From positions 1-64,000 of the forward strand of contig CBFFRP010000034.1 of NCBI GenBank assembly GCA_965644295.1: DNA of 64,000 nucleotides, given 5' to 3'. Under the pieces are notes generated by a model. That model worked only from the letters and a program-made list of their open reading frames with translations. It was not told the origin of the DNA and made no database searches. The position numbers were made by a program, and so were the translations under genes. Shown one piece after another: positions 11,756 through 26,700 of the stretch (the first letter of the stretch is position 1; every line of letters starts with the position of its first letter). The stretch is from Paraphysomonas bandaiensis (taxonomy: Eukaryota; Protista; Chrysophyceae).

Positions 11756-14700
11756 ATGGGCAATGTACTTGATGTACCAAAATCAACCGGTGATCTTCAT
11801 GCTGAAGATCTAAGCTGGTTAAGTGTCCCAAACTCTGCTATATTCAATGACTCCTATGTTGCTGAGACATATGAAAGTTTACCACCATTTAAAGGCACAG
11901 AAATATCTCAGGTTGAGTGTGATATATGTATATGTATATATAATGATGTGGTTAGGAGGATGAGGTGGTTACAGAGAATGATGAGGAGAAATCAAGCATA
12001 AGAATTAAGCGATTAGTTGAAATATTTTCAAAATCAAAGAATGCTGTTACATATGTAGAAAATTTTGAGGTTGATATGTTAGTATTGATAATTATTATTT
12101 TTGATAGATATTTGTGATAGGAGTTGTCGTGTGCCAAGGAGCTAGAGAATTCCCCATTTGCCCAGAGCAATAAGATGCGTTCTAGATTACTGCAGAGAAT
12201 CCACTTGGCTATGCTTCGCTCTGCTACAAGGTCGCCAATGTCGTCTGGAGGGTCTACTAGTGAAACCTTTGTACGTTCACTGCAGTGTGACAACTTCGAT
12301 GACGCGGATGGACTACTCACTGCGACCTCGATCCGTATGTCGCTAGCTATAATGCAGTGCCTTGCCCCAACAAGTGTGGTTTCTTTTTTCGTTAAATGAA
12401 CTACCAGATGACTAACGTATACCGCAGATCCACCTTTGTTTAAATCGATGTCGGCATCGATCATGGACTTGCTGTCGCGATCATCCAGCCTTGGCTTGGC
12501 TTCGGTTGAGGATTCCTCGCCACAAGGAGAAGGACTGCGGGCCATTATCGAATTCGCCCAGGAGACTGCGTCACAGAGCAGTGGTATTGTTTTTATTAAC
12601 TTTAAAATGTTGGCGTTATTTCTGATATGCAGCAAATCGCAGTGATGCCCTGGCCCTGCTCCTAGCTGTTGCCGTCACGTCTGGATCACTCAGTGGCCTC
12701 ATTGCCGTTGTCTCTAACCTTAAGCGAGGGTCCGATCGCCTCCCCACTTCTGTAACCCCTTTTATGCAACGCTTGGAGCAGCGTGAGACCACCTTGGATC
12801 TGTCTATTCCAATGGAGGATACGATTTCTGGCGATATTAATGTGAAAATGGTGTTTGACTTTCCAGATGCGGACAAACGCAAGTGTGAAGCTTCATTTAC
12901 CACCGACGGCACCCACCTGTTCATATGGAATAGTATAAGTTGTGCGATTCACAAGATTGGAACAGGATTTCATGGTACTATAGCGGGTAATGAATACTTG
13001 ACGAATGCTCTGGTTGAGCAGCAGATTCGGGATCGCCTAGGTATGATGGTGTACGAGCCTCAGCCACGGGAAAACTCAAGCGCAGAAACCGCTCCAGAAC
13101 CGGAGTCTGTGGGTGATACTCACTTAGTCCGGGTGATCGATTCTGCACGTCAAATTACAATTGACGAACACCTTGATGTAGATGATTGTCTTTCAGAATT
13201 CTTTGCGCATGAAGAGTTTGATGAGTTATTGAACTTTGTTGGGCCAATTCTCGAGGAGCGTGTGGTATATGTGTTAGAATTCGATCGTTCTATAAGATTT
13301 TTCCGAATTGGAGAACGTGAGTGGATATCTGAAGAAAACCCAGTAAATGATGAATCCGATGTTGATGATGACGATGATGACTTTGACAGCGAGTCGAGAG
13401 TAGTTGGATTCACTCGTGCTGTGGATGTAATTACTAACACCAGTGGAGGACAGGAGGCTGCATCATCGGAGACTATGAATAGAGATGTGGAGGAAACGGA
13501 AAAAATAAAGCCCGCCTGGATTTCATGGGCTCACGGGAAAATATATCTCAGGATGTGCTATCTGTTAGGCCCGTTTCGAATCGCTGTATTCTCTGCCAGT
13601 GCTCTCAAGTTGGAAGATATCATTGACTTGGACCTGCCCGTTCCTTTATTAATTAAAACCAAGCGGTCATGGTTGAAGAAAATGGCAGTACAGCTGCGAG
13701 AGGGTATGCTTGTAGATATAGAAGAAAGCAAAGAGGATATTGTACATCATGACGAGAAGTTGTGTGATGCGTTGGATGCGGTGGATATTGACCTCAACAT
13801 GCTTGAAGAAGACGAGGGGGAAAAAGAGATATGGGAAGACGGCGAGCAAGTTGATCTACTTCACTCAGTGCTTGTAGGAAATGAAGATTTCTCAAGGCCA
13901 TCTATTGCCACAGCCTCATCTAACTTCATGTCCTCTGGTGGTGAGCAAGAAAGGAACCTTTTGGCGGCGGATGACGAGTGGAACATTGAGTCATCCTTTC
14001 AGTTCGGGCCCGGTGATACGAACCAAGAAATTATTTTGGACATGGGGGGGCAATTCAGAGTGACGGAAATCGGGGCTTCATTTGACATCCCCGATGGTAG
14101 TCACAGCTTTGAGGTGCATGTATCTTCTGATGGGAATAGTTACGAGTTGTTCGGCTCTATTATTCCTTCTACGGTACCTGCAATGTTGCACTATTCTCAG
14201 TCGGATGAACAGCAAGATAGCATAAGCACGCTGCCAAATGTACGATATATCCGATACACTTTTGGTGGGCATTCGCCTGATGGAAATGGGTTAGTAATTC
14301 ACCGATTGTATGTACGAGGCCCGAATAAGGTCCGGAAAGACTTTGTCCCACCGTTTCCGGTCATGACTTCTGATGGTAGAAACCTTATATTCCTTCATAT
14401 GGACAAGCGGTGCATCTTAGGCGATGGTGGAAATGAGGAAGAACACATACTGCAGTCATTTGTATTTGATCCCTGTGTTGGCATGAAGGCAAATCAATGC
14501 AAGCAAACAGATTACAAGTGGGGACTTTCTGGCGGGGAAAATGAGCTTCAACAATGTTCATTTTTGTTTAATAGCAGCAATTTAATTGTTTCCCACACAA
14601 AAAAATTTGCGAGGATTAGCAAGGATGATAAGCAAACAACTTTCTGCTTTTGGAAATTCGACACTGCCAACGGAAAATTATTGTCGTCTACAGAATGCAA

Positions 14701-17700
14701 TTTCAGTAAATCGAAAGGATACCCATGTTCTTTGTCGTATGATTCCCGTAACAACATGATATGGGCATGGAATTGGGCAGATGTCATGTGTCTGCGATGG
14801 CGCAACAATGGACTAGCACCACGATTCGATCCTCCGAAACCCATATCTGCTCGCGAGCTTTTGCTATCTACCTCACCACATCACCGCCTGGAAGCGCTTT
14901 ACTCTATTCCAGAGGAACAACGTGATTCTGCTTACGAGGCTTCTTTTATCATGTGCCAACTAGATCGTCTGGCACTTTTGTATAGTCCTCCTCGTGAATC
15001 TGTGGCAGAAGCGAAGAAGTTTAATGAACTGGAGGTTCAATCGGCTGGTGCTGATGATGGAAATTTTTGTAAGCTTCTTGTTCGAGGTCAAGTACATGGC
15101 AGCTACGGACGGGGATTTAATATATTAGTTCTGGACAATCATTTTGTTCCGAAAGATTTCAGAAATTTTGATACACATGATAATATGAGTGCTTCTGAAC
15201 GGATGGCTGATTTTGTTGATACAATTCCGGAAAATAGACTTGTTCTTGTTGCCACTATGGACACAGCAGTGAACAATCTGACGTCACGTGGAAAGGCTTC
15301 GCTACGAAGTCTCGGTGCTGGCAGTCATATCGAGAGGCTCCCTTGTAAAGGCTCGTTTGCGATGATTGGGCGGAAAGGTGCTTCGCCATCTGAAGTGGTG
15401 CAACAGGTAGCAGATAGGAAGGCTGGAGCAGTAGTAGTACGGCAACGGATGCCCTCGCCTAAAGTACCACTTGCTGTCGAATGTTCTTCTCCTGCGATTC
15501 ATGGGCTCGTGGAACTTGTACGGAACCACCACGAACTAATTAAAAAGAGTGTAGCATCGCCGATGGATGTTCTTCTGCTCATCTCCTCGATGCGACTGCT
15601 TTCTACCAATGTGCATCAGCTACTGTGTGGCTCTTCTATAAGTGATGCCACAAGAGTATTTGATGTAAATGACCGAAAAATCATTGTTAAGATTGTAAAT
15701 GATTTCATTGACCAGCCTCCTGCTGTGGAGGGTGGAGCTGTTATTGCCGAGACTGCGTTGCAATTGTACATCACGTCTATTGATGTGTTGTACCCCTCTC
15801 CGAATGAAAAATGCTCTCTTCTGGTGAAGTACCTCGATGAATTTGTGAACGGAACTTTGTCAGACCTTGAGGGTTCAGTATTGGAGCTTCTATTGAGACA
15901 AATGTCCGATGCCACGTCTCTCGGAAAGTTGTTTGAGCATACTGAAGGATCAGCAGTCGCTAACCCAGATCAGCTTTTGTCTTCTCTGCTATCTATATCG
16001 AAGGTGGAAACACTCTCCAGGCTGAAGGCTGTGTCCAAGGTCGACTCTGTTTCTACTACCCTGGGAAATGGAGTGGCTGGTGTCGGAAACGCTGCGGTTC
16101 TTATGTTGGCCACACTTTGCAATATGATTCTCAGTAAATGTGCACAGACCATAATTGTTTCCGATGACAAGGACCTTGTTGAAATTAATGCAAACAGTAT
16201 AATGTCGCTCATTTCGAATATTGCTGATAGCAGCTCAATTATTTTACAGGCAGGCTTCGAAACGAATCGTTCTTTATGTGGGCTACACGATAACAGCAAT
16301 AGTATGGTTTTGGATGATGAAATAGATGAAATACTCAAATTGTCATTTGTTGGGGAACTTTTACCTACCGTTCTTCATGCCTCTGGGCTACTCTTTGAAT
16401 CACATGGATCAAAATTGACTTCACACTTTTCTGACACCTTTTCAGAGAGTCTGACATCTTGTCTGAAAGACGTTCACTCTCTTCTTGCAACAGTTCCAAA
16501 AATTAAGCTTCAGCCGCAAGGTGCAACTGAATCAGGTGTCCGAACCAGCACCCATACGTATGAGTCTGCCCATCCATACCTGCCAAACACAGATGAAAAA
16601 TTTGAGTTGAACTTTCCTAATGCGATTCGCATGACAATAGCATTCGATCAGGATACGAGGACAGAGAACAACTATGATTACGTTCGAATTTGGAAAGACT
16701 CTAGCAAGACGGAGTCTTGCCACCCGGGCATTGACAAATTGACGGGAAGGAATGGTTCAGAGAATTGGCCTGGTCAAGGTGACCGTCCTCCTCTTGTAAT
16801 AGAAGGGGGTGAGTGTTATGTGGAATGGCACAGTGATAGTAGTAACGAAGATTGGGGATGGCGATTCAATGTTGTAGTGGAGTTCAGGAGGCGTGCGTCG
16901 ACGCAATCCCACTGGCTAGTTGATATAGAAAAGCAAATATGTTTTTGCGGTGCTGAAGCAGCAACCAGTATGATTATTAGCACGCCATGGAATAAAGAAA
17001 AAGAAGACCGCAATGCTTTCTGGATGGAAGATAGCTTGTTGGACTTCGGATTTTTGGAGGAAAGCGAGGTTGACATGGAGAACGATGAGGAAGCACAATT
17101 TCTCAATGACTTCGAAATTCGACCATCAGGATCCCTTGCCTCTGCCTTATGTAAAATAATGAAAACTCATGTTCGAGAAGATCAGGGACAGGTGGAAGAT
17201 ATTAACTGTGCAGTCTATGCTACATGCGCGGCTTTGCTTAAGCATAACAATCTTGTCGCCGAAGCGCTTGCTCTGGCGAAAGATAATAGACAAAAACCGT
17301 CTGATCTATTGATCAAAGTGTGGACCACCGGACAAAAGATGAAAACTTTCTTTGCATTTGGTGATGTGCGCGATGCATCCAAGGCTGAAGCGAACGATCC
17401 TGATTTGGATGATCTACCTCCTCCACCAACAATGGAGCGGGGTCCGTCAATATACAGCGGAGCGGATGCCGAGGTGGTTCGAAAGACATCCGAAGAAGTT
17501 GTAAAACGCGCCAAGTTTCTTCTCAGAGTAAATTCTTCTTCAAAAGCTGCAGCAGTCGCGAAAGAAAGTGCAAAACGAAAATGGGAACTGCTCAGTAAAT
17601 CTGTCATACATAGAGGGCGTTCTCGAGATGAATCTGACGGTGACATTGGTGGAAAATGGCACGCACTCGTTGGTGAAGTTCATGCTGCATACAAGCTAAA

Positions 17701-20700
17701 AGGTATGCTCACTCATATGCGTAAAGAGGCCTCCCTTCGCAAGGGAGGTGCAGCACTGACGACTACCGAAAAAGTGCTACGTTTTGTGCAAGGAAGGGTA
17801 AATGTGGCTGATCTTGAGAGCATCCGTACTCTTCGTAATGCGAGAGCCCATGTTCGATCTTGTGGTTTTGACATGATATCAAGACTTATCGAGGCAGCTA
17901 TTTCTCCGTTTGCGATTAAATGGTTGATGTGTACCCTGTCGAACGCTATACGATCCAGTAAAAGACCAGATTGTGCCAAGCCTGGTGTGCATTATCTAAA
18001 CACCATTGAGGGGTGTTCAAATGCAGAGCGTGGGGCAGTAATCAAATCGTTTTGTGGCATTGTAGAGAAATGTGTGAATATGATGGGTATAGCCTACGCG
18101 AATAGCAATAAAAATGAGTTGACGGAACATGAGAGAAACGAATGGCGAAGTGCAACCATCAGCTGTATTCGCGCACTAGCCATTGATTATAACCTCCTCG
18201 ACCACAGTATATTAGATAGTTGTAATATTCTCGCGGAACTTCAGTACTTTTTACAGGCTAGTGAATTTGATGTTCAGCGCACCGGATGGAGTTTGTTCGA
18301 ACTCTTGCTTCCTCGTTGTGTTGGTTTAGAAGGGCATCGCCATGGCTCAAATTCTATTTCAGATGAGCCCACAGACTTTAGCAAAAAGCTCGTGGCAATG
18401 CTTGTCAATCAACTTGACCGTGCCGCCTGCCGAATATCCGCACTCCCTACTCCAGAGAATACTGATTTGGCTCTTGCTCTAGGCGGTAACTCTGTTATTC
18501 CCGGCGTAGTTTCGTTGCGAAGAGATAGTTTGGGGTATTGCGCTCCCCACCAGCCACTCGGTCTGTATCATACGTTTTCCTTTTGGATGAAGCGAAAGAA
18601 GTGTGCAATGGATAGCGCTTTTGAATCTGGGGAGATTGCCGAAGGGTATAAAGTCTTTCGTGGTCCAAATTGGAGGAAAGGAAACATTGACGATGGTGGA
18701 GACGGGTGTTTGGGTACGGTTGTAAAAGTAGATGGCGACAAAGTCACAGTAAAGTGGGAAAATAAAATACAAGCGAAGTACAAGTTTGGAGCGATTGAAG
18801 ATGGCGAGAAAGTATATGAGGTTTCTGTTGTAGATACCACAGTAGGTGGGCATATATTATCGAAGGGTATGAATGCGTTATTAAGCGAAGATGATGCGGC
18901 TGATGTGTGGTCTACATTTGGAATATGTTTAAGGCCAAATGCTACCTTGAAAATGTTCGCTGCCTCCGGCGGTGACGACTTTTACGGAAGTGTGGGGAAA
19001 AATATAATTCCTGCCGAAGAATGGACGCATGTAGCAGTTGTACAAGACAAAGATAAAAATAAAATATATATTAACGGCACAATGGATTGCGAGAATACAA
19101 TTCCAGGCCATATGCTCTATCCAGGCAAGGGATCGAGAAATGTTGTGGTAGTGGAGAGCCCTCACCCATATAGAGACAACACTGAGCTATATACTGTTAT
19201 TCAGGAAGAAGGAGCCGTCAGCTACACTATAACGTTTGATCCACGCACCAGAACAGAGAGCAATTATGACTATATTCGATTCTACAAGAATGACAGTCAC
19301 AGTGATTACTGGGGGGAACAAAAGTATACGGGCGGCCGCGGGGGGTCTTCATCAAACTGGCCTGGATTCAATGGACGTCCGCCTCTTGTCATACCAGCCG
19401 CAAGATTTATTATCTACTTCAAGACCGACTGTAGCAACAATGATTGGGGGTATAAGATGAATATTTCTGTTGAGAAGCTCGAAGTTGTTGATGATGAAAG
19501 AGATATAATCGATACACTCAATGACAAACCTATATATATTGGGCAAATGCCGTCATATGTGAATAACCTTCCTAATTTGCCGAACTCTTTTGATGGGCTC
19601 ATTGGTGGCCTCAGCGTGTACCCACGGGTTTTATCAGGCGATGAGATTGCATCATTAGCCACTCATACACCTGAATCACCAACCGATTCTGGCGATGAGG
19701 TTCTTTGTCTTGATGTGTTATCTATGATGGATCGATCCTGCCAAGCGTTGAAGGGCATTAGTGCGACAATGTCCAATGCATTCCCTGGGCCAAATGTTGT
19801 TTATCCACTTTTGTGTATTGTCTCAAAAGGTACTGCATTTGTTCAGTCATCTGCTCTGCGTGTCTGTGCCACGTTGCTTCCAGTTTGTCCGATTGAGCTG
19901 GTAAATGTGCAGGCCACGCGTGCAGGTCTGAGCAAGAACGGTAGCTTTTTGAATTTTATACTCAATCGAGTTGGACAAACAATGAACGTGTGGTCGCGAT
20001 ACTCCGTCCAGCCCCCAGAAGCCCGACTGTGCAACGAATTGGAGTTTAGTATTGGGATGGAGTATTTGAATCTACTGAATGCTTTGGCAGTTTCTGAAGA
20101 ATGGGGCAGCACGATATTGTCTACTGTTGATGAGATTATATCGACAACTTCTCCGGCAACGATAGCGAGCATTAAAAAATGTACTGAGAAGGAAACAGCA
20201 CTAGGTAAATCTTCCTCGAACATTGAGGTTCAAGATGAGGACTTAAACTTGGTGTTTTCTATTCTGGGGCTTCTTGGTGGAACGCTCAGTGGACTTTATG
20301 CAGGTGCAAAGGCACGATATGCTACAGGGGATGACAATGGTATCATGGAGGAATGTACTGTCCTGGCATCAACGTGGCCTCCAGACCCATCGTCTTTCAA
20401 TGACAAAGTCGACGCTGCAATGTGGAAAGATATGACATCATTTGGTGATGCATTTGTGATTGTCCTCAATTCTCAGCCCGGCGAATCTTTAGTTGTTCCT
20501 AGAAATAAGCTGAGTGTTTCATCAACTCCATTCTGCAAAGATATGAGCAGTTTTCTGTCGAAGTTATCGGGATCTTTAGTTAACCTCTTCTCTGTAATTT
20601 GTAACATTGATGCAACTGACAAGCGACCTGTACATATTCCGAAAATTAAGGAGTCAGATGAATGTCATGAGTTTGAAAGCCCTCACCCTTATCCAGATAA

Positions 20701-23700
20701 TTCAGAGGTGTACAAAGAAATTAAGTTCCCAGGTGCAAAAAGTATTATAATTGAGTTCGATAGGCGCACAAGGACAGAACCATCATGTGACTATGTACGC
20801 TTCTATAAGGACAATAATCATAGAGATTATTTTGGCGATGAAAAATATCACGGAAGGGATAACGAGCAGAATTGGCCAGGAGTTGCGGGTAGACCACCAT
20901 TAGTGATACCTGGGGATTCATGTGTCTTGTACTTTCATTCCGATGGATCGAATAACGATTGGGGCTATAAATTCACTGCCAAGGCGCACTGCATAGTAAA
21001 GACTTTCCCCCCTCCTCGTCCGCCATTGCTGCATAATGCACTGATTGCTCACGTTAAACTACTTGGTGTCAACGCTCTCCACACTTTACTTAAGGAATTT
21101 TCGTGGTTTAGTTTATCCTGTATGCCTATCATGTCCAGTTTGCTCTCGGCTGCACTCTCTCCTCTCCCTGTCAGCAAAGTTGGTCCCGTTGCAACGAAAC
21201 CTTTGGTTTTTGAATCTAAACACCCTTACGACCATAACTTGGATGACTACATACCTGTGAGAATAGCAGGTGCAAAGAAATTAATCGTCACATTTGATGA
21301 CCAAACGGCTACAGAAAACAGTTGCGATTACATGAGGCTTTATAAAGACGACTCCAAGAGTGAGTATTGGGGTGAGAACCAGTACACTGGTGGTAAAGAC
21401 GGGGGAAGTTGTAATTGGCCTGGTATTCAAGACAGACCGCCTCTTATTATACCATCGGATTCATTCATCATATATTTTCACACAGATAGCTCTGTAAATG
21501 CATGGGGTTGGAAAATGTTTGTGAGTGCTGCCGTGGATGAATCTGGAGGCTCCACGCCTGAAATGGACACTGGACTCTGTTTGTACCGGGCCCAGTGTTG
21601 CCAAATGGTGCTAAGAGATTGTCCTGCACGTCAGCCCGAACCAGAAGGTCTCGATGAATTTGAAGTAGAGACTCCAAGTGCAGGTGAGCTACTGCTCCTT
21701 GACATATCGAATGAAATAGTCGAAGATGCTGCTTATTCCACTGCCGTCGAGGCGGATGATACACCACCCGTCACCCCTTTGGATAGAATAAAGTGTAATA
21801 TGGACACCATTATGAATGTAAGAGCTCGTGGTGGTGCTTTGTGGCCGAGAGACTTTAAAATGAACCCGAAAGACACTACTCAAGTGATCATTCGCTCAGA
21901 CACAGCTGATGAAGCTGATATTGTGACTGTAGTTACTGGTGGCTGTGTGTTGACTGCTGAAGGTGAACATGGAGACTGGTTGCGCGTGAAAGCTACTGAA
22001 AATGATGACGTGAAGGAGGGGTGGGCACGTCGCCGCGTTGGAGATCTTCAGTACCTGTTGCCGGTAGTAGATGGAAGCGTGAATGAATCTCTCGAATCTG
22101 ATGATATTATCATTCTTCCTAGCGAAGACGATTCCAGTGGTATTGGATCACGCCACTCCATGTACGATGTCGACGAGAGTACCCTCAGTTCAGTTTATGG
22201 GAAGCATGACATTCAGCCCACTCCTTTGGAGTTGCTGCAGCCATGTGCAGACTGCATTGAGCGAACTGCAGCAGACATGTGCCAAATTGGGGCTGTATGT
22301 GTGGCTCAGGACTGTGTTTCCAGAATTGTTTCTATATGGCCAGACGACATACCGTTCACCATGCAGTCTTTCGGCAACACAGGAAGACTTTTGGCTTATA
22401 TTCGCGCGGCTTTTATACGAGAAAGTTCTATGGGCAGTGGGACTTTTTCGGGGCCCAATTCTGCTCTTGGCGTCCTCAAAAATCGAATATTAGAAGTTGT
22501 GCGCAAGGAATCTGAGGGAACTGAAGTATCTGATGACCCGCCGTTGGCTGACACTGTTATGAAATATGCAGTGAAGCAGCTCGCAGAAAGCTTGCGACTG
22601 GAAACTGCCTTGCGCCCAGTTCGAGCTAAAGTGAAAACCTTGGAATGCAAACACCCGTACGATGACAACATGGATGAGTATTGGGACCTCAGTATTCCAG
22701 GTGCTAAGTGGATGAAAATTGTTTTTGATAAGCGGACATCAACTGAAAAGGACTGTGATTATCTCACAGTGTACCATGACCAGTCAAGAACCCAAACTTA
22801 TGGGCCAAGGTATACTGGGCGTGCGTCCGGTAATGACAAAACGTGGCCAGGTCTTGGTAGTACCCCGCCACTTATAATTCCTGCGGACAGCTGCGTTGTG
22901 CACTTTCACAGCGATTCGTCTAATGTCGACTGGGGGTTTCTGTTGAGGTGCTATGGAATTATAGATGAACCTACTGAAGAGGAGAAAGAGAAGGTGAAGG
23001 CTGAAAAGACTTCTCCAAATGCCCCTATTCCAGAACTTGCTTGTTGGTTGCTTGAGTTCCTCGCCAAAGAACCTGTGGAAGGTGTGTACCGTATTCTATA
23101 CGCACCTTCAACTATTGCAACTCTCCGGCGATATGTTGAAATTATGCCAACAGAGAAAAAGCTATTCGCAGTGAATCTCCTTACCAATATGGTACAAGAA
23201 ATTACTCGTGTGCCAGTTACTCAAGAAACCGTCGATGAAATTTTCCTCCTCAAGAAGGTTATTGTGGATCTTTCTAGCAAGCAGCATGCACTTGAAGCAG
23301 CCGGTGGAGGTAGCCCAAACGAAGTATCACAGCTCTTACAGGCGCTGATCCAAGCTGCAATTGTGTTAGATTCAAGCGTCGCAAGCCTGCAAGTGGACAG
23401 GAGTTCCATTGAAGTCTTTTCGTCGCCCAAGAAAAGAGGAGATGTTGACGGAACATCGGTTAATGAGAGCAAAGAGGAAAAGATATTGTACGAACACAAA
23501 GACAACGATGATATGGTTGAGCATGTGGGATGGAATTCGGATGCATTAGGAAAGAACTTGGAATTGGCAGATTCAAATAGAACTGTTCGCCGACGTCCGT
23601 TTGTGGTTTCAGGTGAGTACACGAGTGCTCTGTGCAACGGAGGGTTTCAGAGCGGCACTCACACCTCTCATGTGAAGTTGAACTTCATTAGTGGTGCTGG

Positions 23701-26700
23701 ACCAATAGTTGGGGTAGCTGTTCGTAATTATACTGTTGACAAACCAATCGGGGATACTGGTGAGTTGTTCAGCATTGGTTGGGGCTCACAGAAGTTGCAT
23801 GTTTCTTGCAGAGACGACCCCATTCCTTTTGGACCCAAATTTTCAATTGGAGATGTGATATCTGTTGAAGTTGACCGCTCTCGTATGACAGTGACATTTT
23901 TTCGCAACCATGCCATTGTTGGAATCGCTGTTGGACCTACAGGCTCGGGTGCTGTTGTGGAGATGCCTCTACCTAGTGATCAACCACTGCATCTGGCAGT
24001 CAGTCTAGGAAATACTGGGGACTCTCTGCAGTATGTAGAATCTATACCGCCTGTAATTGCACCTATCACCACAGTCTCAGCGCTGACATCAGCATCATCA
24101 GACATGCCGGACTGGTTTCTTCCAATCAGAGAAGCGGTTATGCTGTTGCGCTCGTGCTCAGCACGTGAACTGCCGGCGTCCGTATTTAGCCGTGAATTTG
24201 TCCCTATGTGTGAGGAAAAGGCCCAGGTTGTAATAGAGAGTACACATCCATTCAATTCTGCGCCGTTACAGAGAACCATTGTCATTCCTGGCGCAGAGAG
24301 TCTTACAGTGCGGTTTGACAGTGCGACGAAGATGGGGACGAGAGATATCATCCGGATTCAGGGACCACTCATTAGGGGAGAGCGACAGAAATTTGAGTAC
24401 ACTGGATTAGTTGGGGGCTCCGTTGTTTCCAAATCTGCTGTTAACACAATTTCTGTTTCTGACAAAGTGGTTCGGGGTCCGACATGGGACTGGGGTGATC
24501 AAGACGGCGGCCCAGGCTCTTACGGTGAAGTATTAGAAGTCACAACGTGGAAAGGGAAACCGAATGCAGGCGTCACGGTCAAATGGAAAGACACCGACTT
24601 TGTTGGTTTATATAGATGGGACTTTGAGGGATTCTTTGATTTGTTGGTGGTAGGTCAGTCGGAAAAGTCTATGAACCCCCTTAATATTAGCGGAGACACT
24701 CTTGATATTGAAGTTCAACCTAGTTGTGATGAGTCAAGTACATTACGGATCCCAAAGGTGGAGTGGGCTGGTGCTCTTTATTTTAATGGCACATCATCTC
24801 ATATAGAGATCCCGTCTTCAAACGATATTGAGTTAACTAGTGATCTAACTGTGGAAGCGTGGATTAAAGTGGCAACCAATATTCCGTCTACAGTCGATTT
24901 CCTTCCTGTCTTGACACGTCAGATAGAATTGGATGGGATAAAATCCCAGTTCAGTCTACAATTGGGGTTTCCTGGTGAGTGTGGAACAAATACATTGGTT
25001 ATGCATGCAACGAACGTAGAAATACAGCCCGCAATCCACGTCCACGGTGGAAACATTACTCCGGGACTGTGGACACATATAGCTTGTGTGGTTATGGGAT
25101 CTGTATCTGCCCTATTTGTGAATGGTACGCTAGTTGGCTCAACAAACACTATCACAGGAACTAGACTAGGTGCTTTGGGTGCACCTTTATATGTTGGCAA
25201 GTCAGCCGACAGCCGGTTTTTCAAGGGTAATATTTACGATATTCGCATTTTCAACATTGGTCGCTCCATTGATGTTATTCAGGCGGAAAAAGGCACACCA
25301 CCTGCAGCTGATACACCAGGTCTGATATCTCATCTTGGCACCCACCAATCATCTGTGACCGATTTAGTATTCGATGCAGTTAGATCAGAAACTCCGTTGG
25401 CTGCGCCAGATGTCATGTGGGACTCGGCCGTTGAACCCAACGTTCTTCCAGCTGGCGCGAACTATGGGTACAAGTGCATCGTTACTCCAACGTTCTCGCT
25501 GAACACTGTCCTGCACAGTGATATGTTCCAGGACATTTTGCATAGCCTTCAGAACCAGTACACAGTTGGCGAATTCCGCCATGACCTCGCACTGGTGCGA
25601 TACATTAACCAAGTCAGTCGTGCGAGGAAGATTAATATAGCTCAGTTGCTTGTATGCAAATGGTCAGATATTGCCCCCACAGAGGGAGAATTGTCCAGTA
25701 TGCCTCTTCTTAAGGACCTCATACACATGGTTGACTCACGGGTATCTCTTCATGGTGGAGAAGAGGAATCGAAGAACTCGACCGACGGTCACAATATGCC
25801 TATGTGTGCACCACCGGTGCATACACCCACTGAAGGTTCTGAGACGGTTTTGCGTCCAATTGAAGCGCGCTTTAAGCTCCTCCAGCTTCTCAACAAGGCA
25901 CTTTCTACTACTGTTCCTTTCTTTGACTTGTGCACTGTAGATAAGCCTTGGAGCGTTGCGAGTTTGCTCTCCGCTTGTCGCGGACTTGTATTTGAAGCCA
26001 CCAAGCAACCTATATGGGACGCCGGTATGGCCGCAACAAATTGCTCCAACTCCTCCACATTTGATCTCAAATTATCACGATCTCGAGCTGCCAAATTTCA
26101 CCGGACTGGTCAAGTTGACAACGAGGGTCGTTGGATGGTCTTTTCGCAGGCATTCCGAGTACTACACACAATGCCCCCTAGCGCTCTTCGGCGAAGTGAT
26201 AAAGTGTACAATTGCACTTTCATGGGGGAGAGGGCCCATGATGCAGGTGGGCCTTATCGTGAGTCGTACGCAATGATGGCGCTGGAGCTGCAAAGTCACG
26301 CATTGCCACTCCTCATCCGTACGCCAAACAGTCGTCATAATGTGGGGCAAAATAGAGAAAAATGGGTCTTAAACCCGGGGGCTACGAGCTCACTTCATAT
26401 GGATATGTTCTGTTTTCTTGGAAAACTTATGGGCATTGCTGTTCGTACGAAGGAATACCTGGCGTTGGACATACCGTCAATTATATGGAAACTCCTTGTC
26501 AATGAAACGCCTACTCGTGAGGATCTTGAGGGAATTGATCTATTCAAAGTACAGTCACTTGATAAAATGAGAAACATTCATTTGCACCAAGTGGATGCAA
26601 GTACATTCAGTAGTGTTTTCTACGAGACATTCACGACTGTAACAACTGACGCGCGAACTGTTGAACTCCTTCCGGGGGGAGCAGAGAAAGATTTGACGTT

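Noticed and set aside
11952-12635. 227-aa antisense ORF and the many short antisense ORFs within the HECT gene
   Set aside because: Shadows of the sense coding sequence with no motifs.
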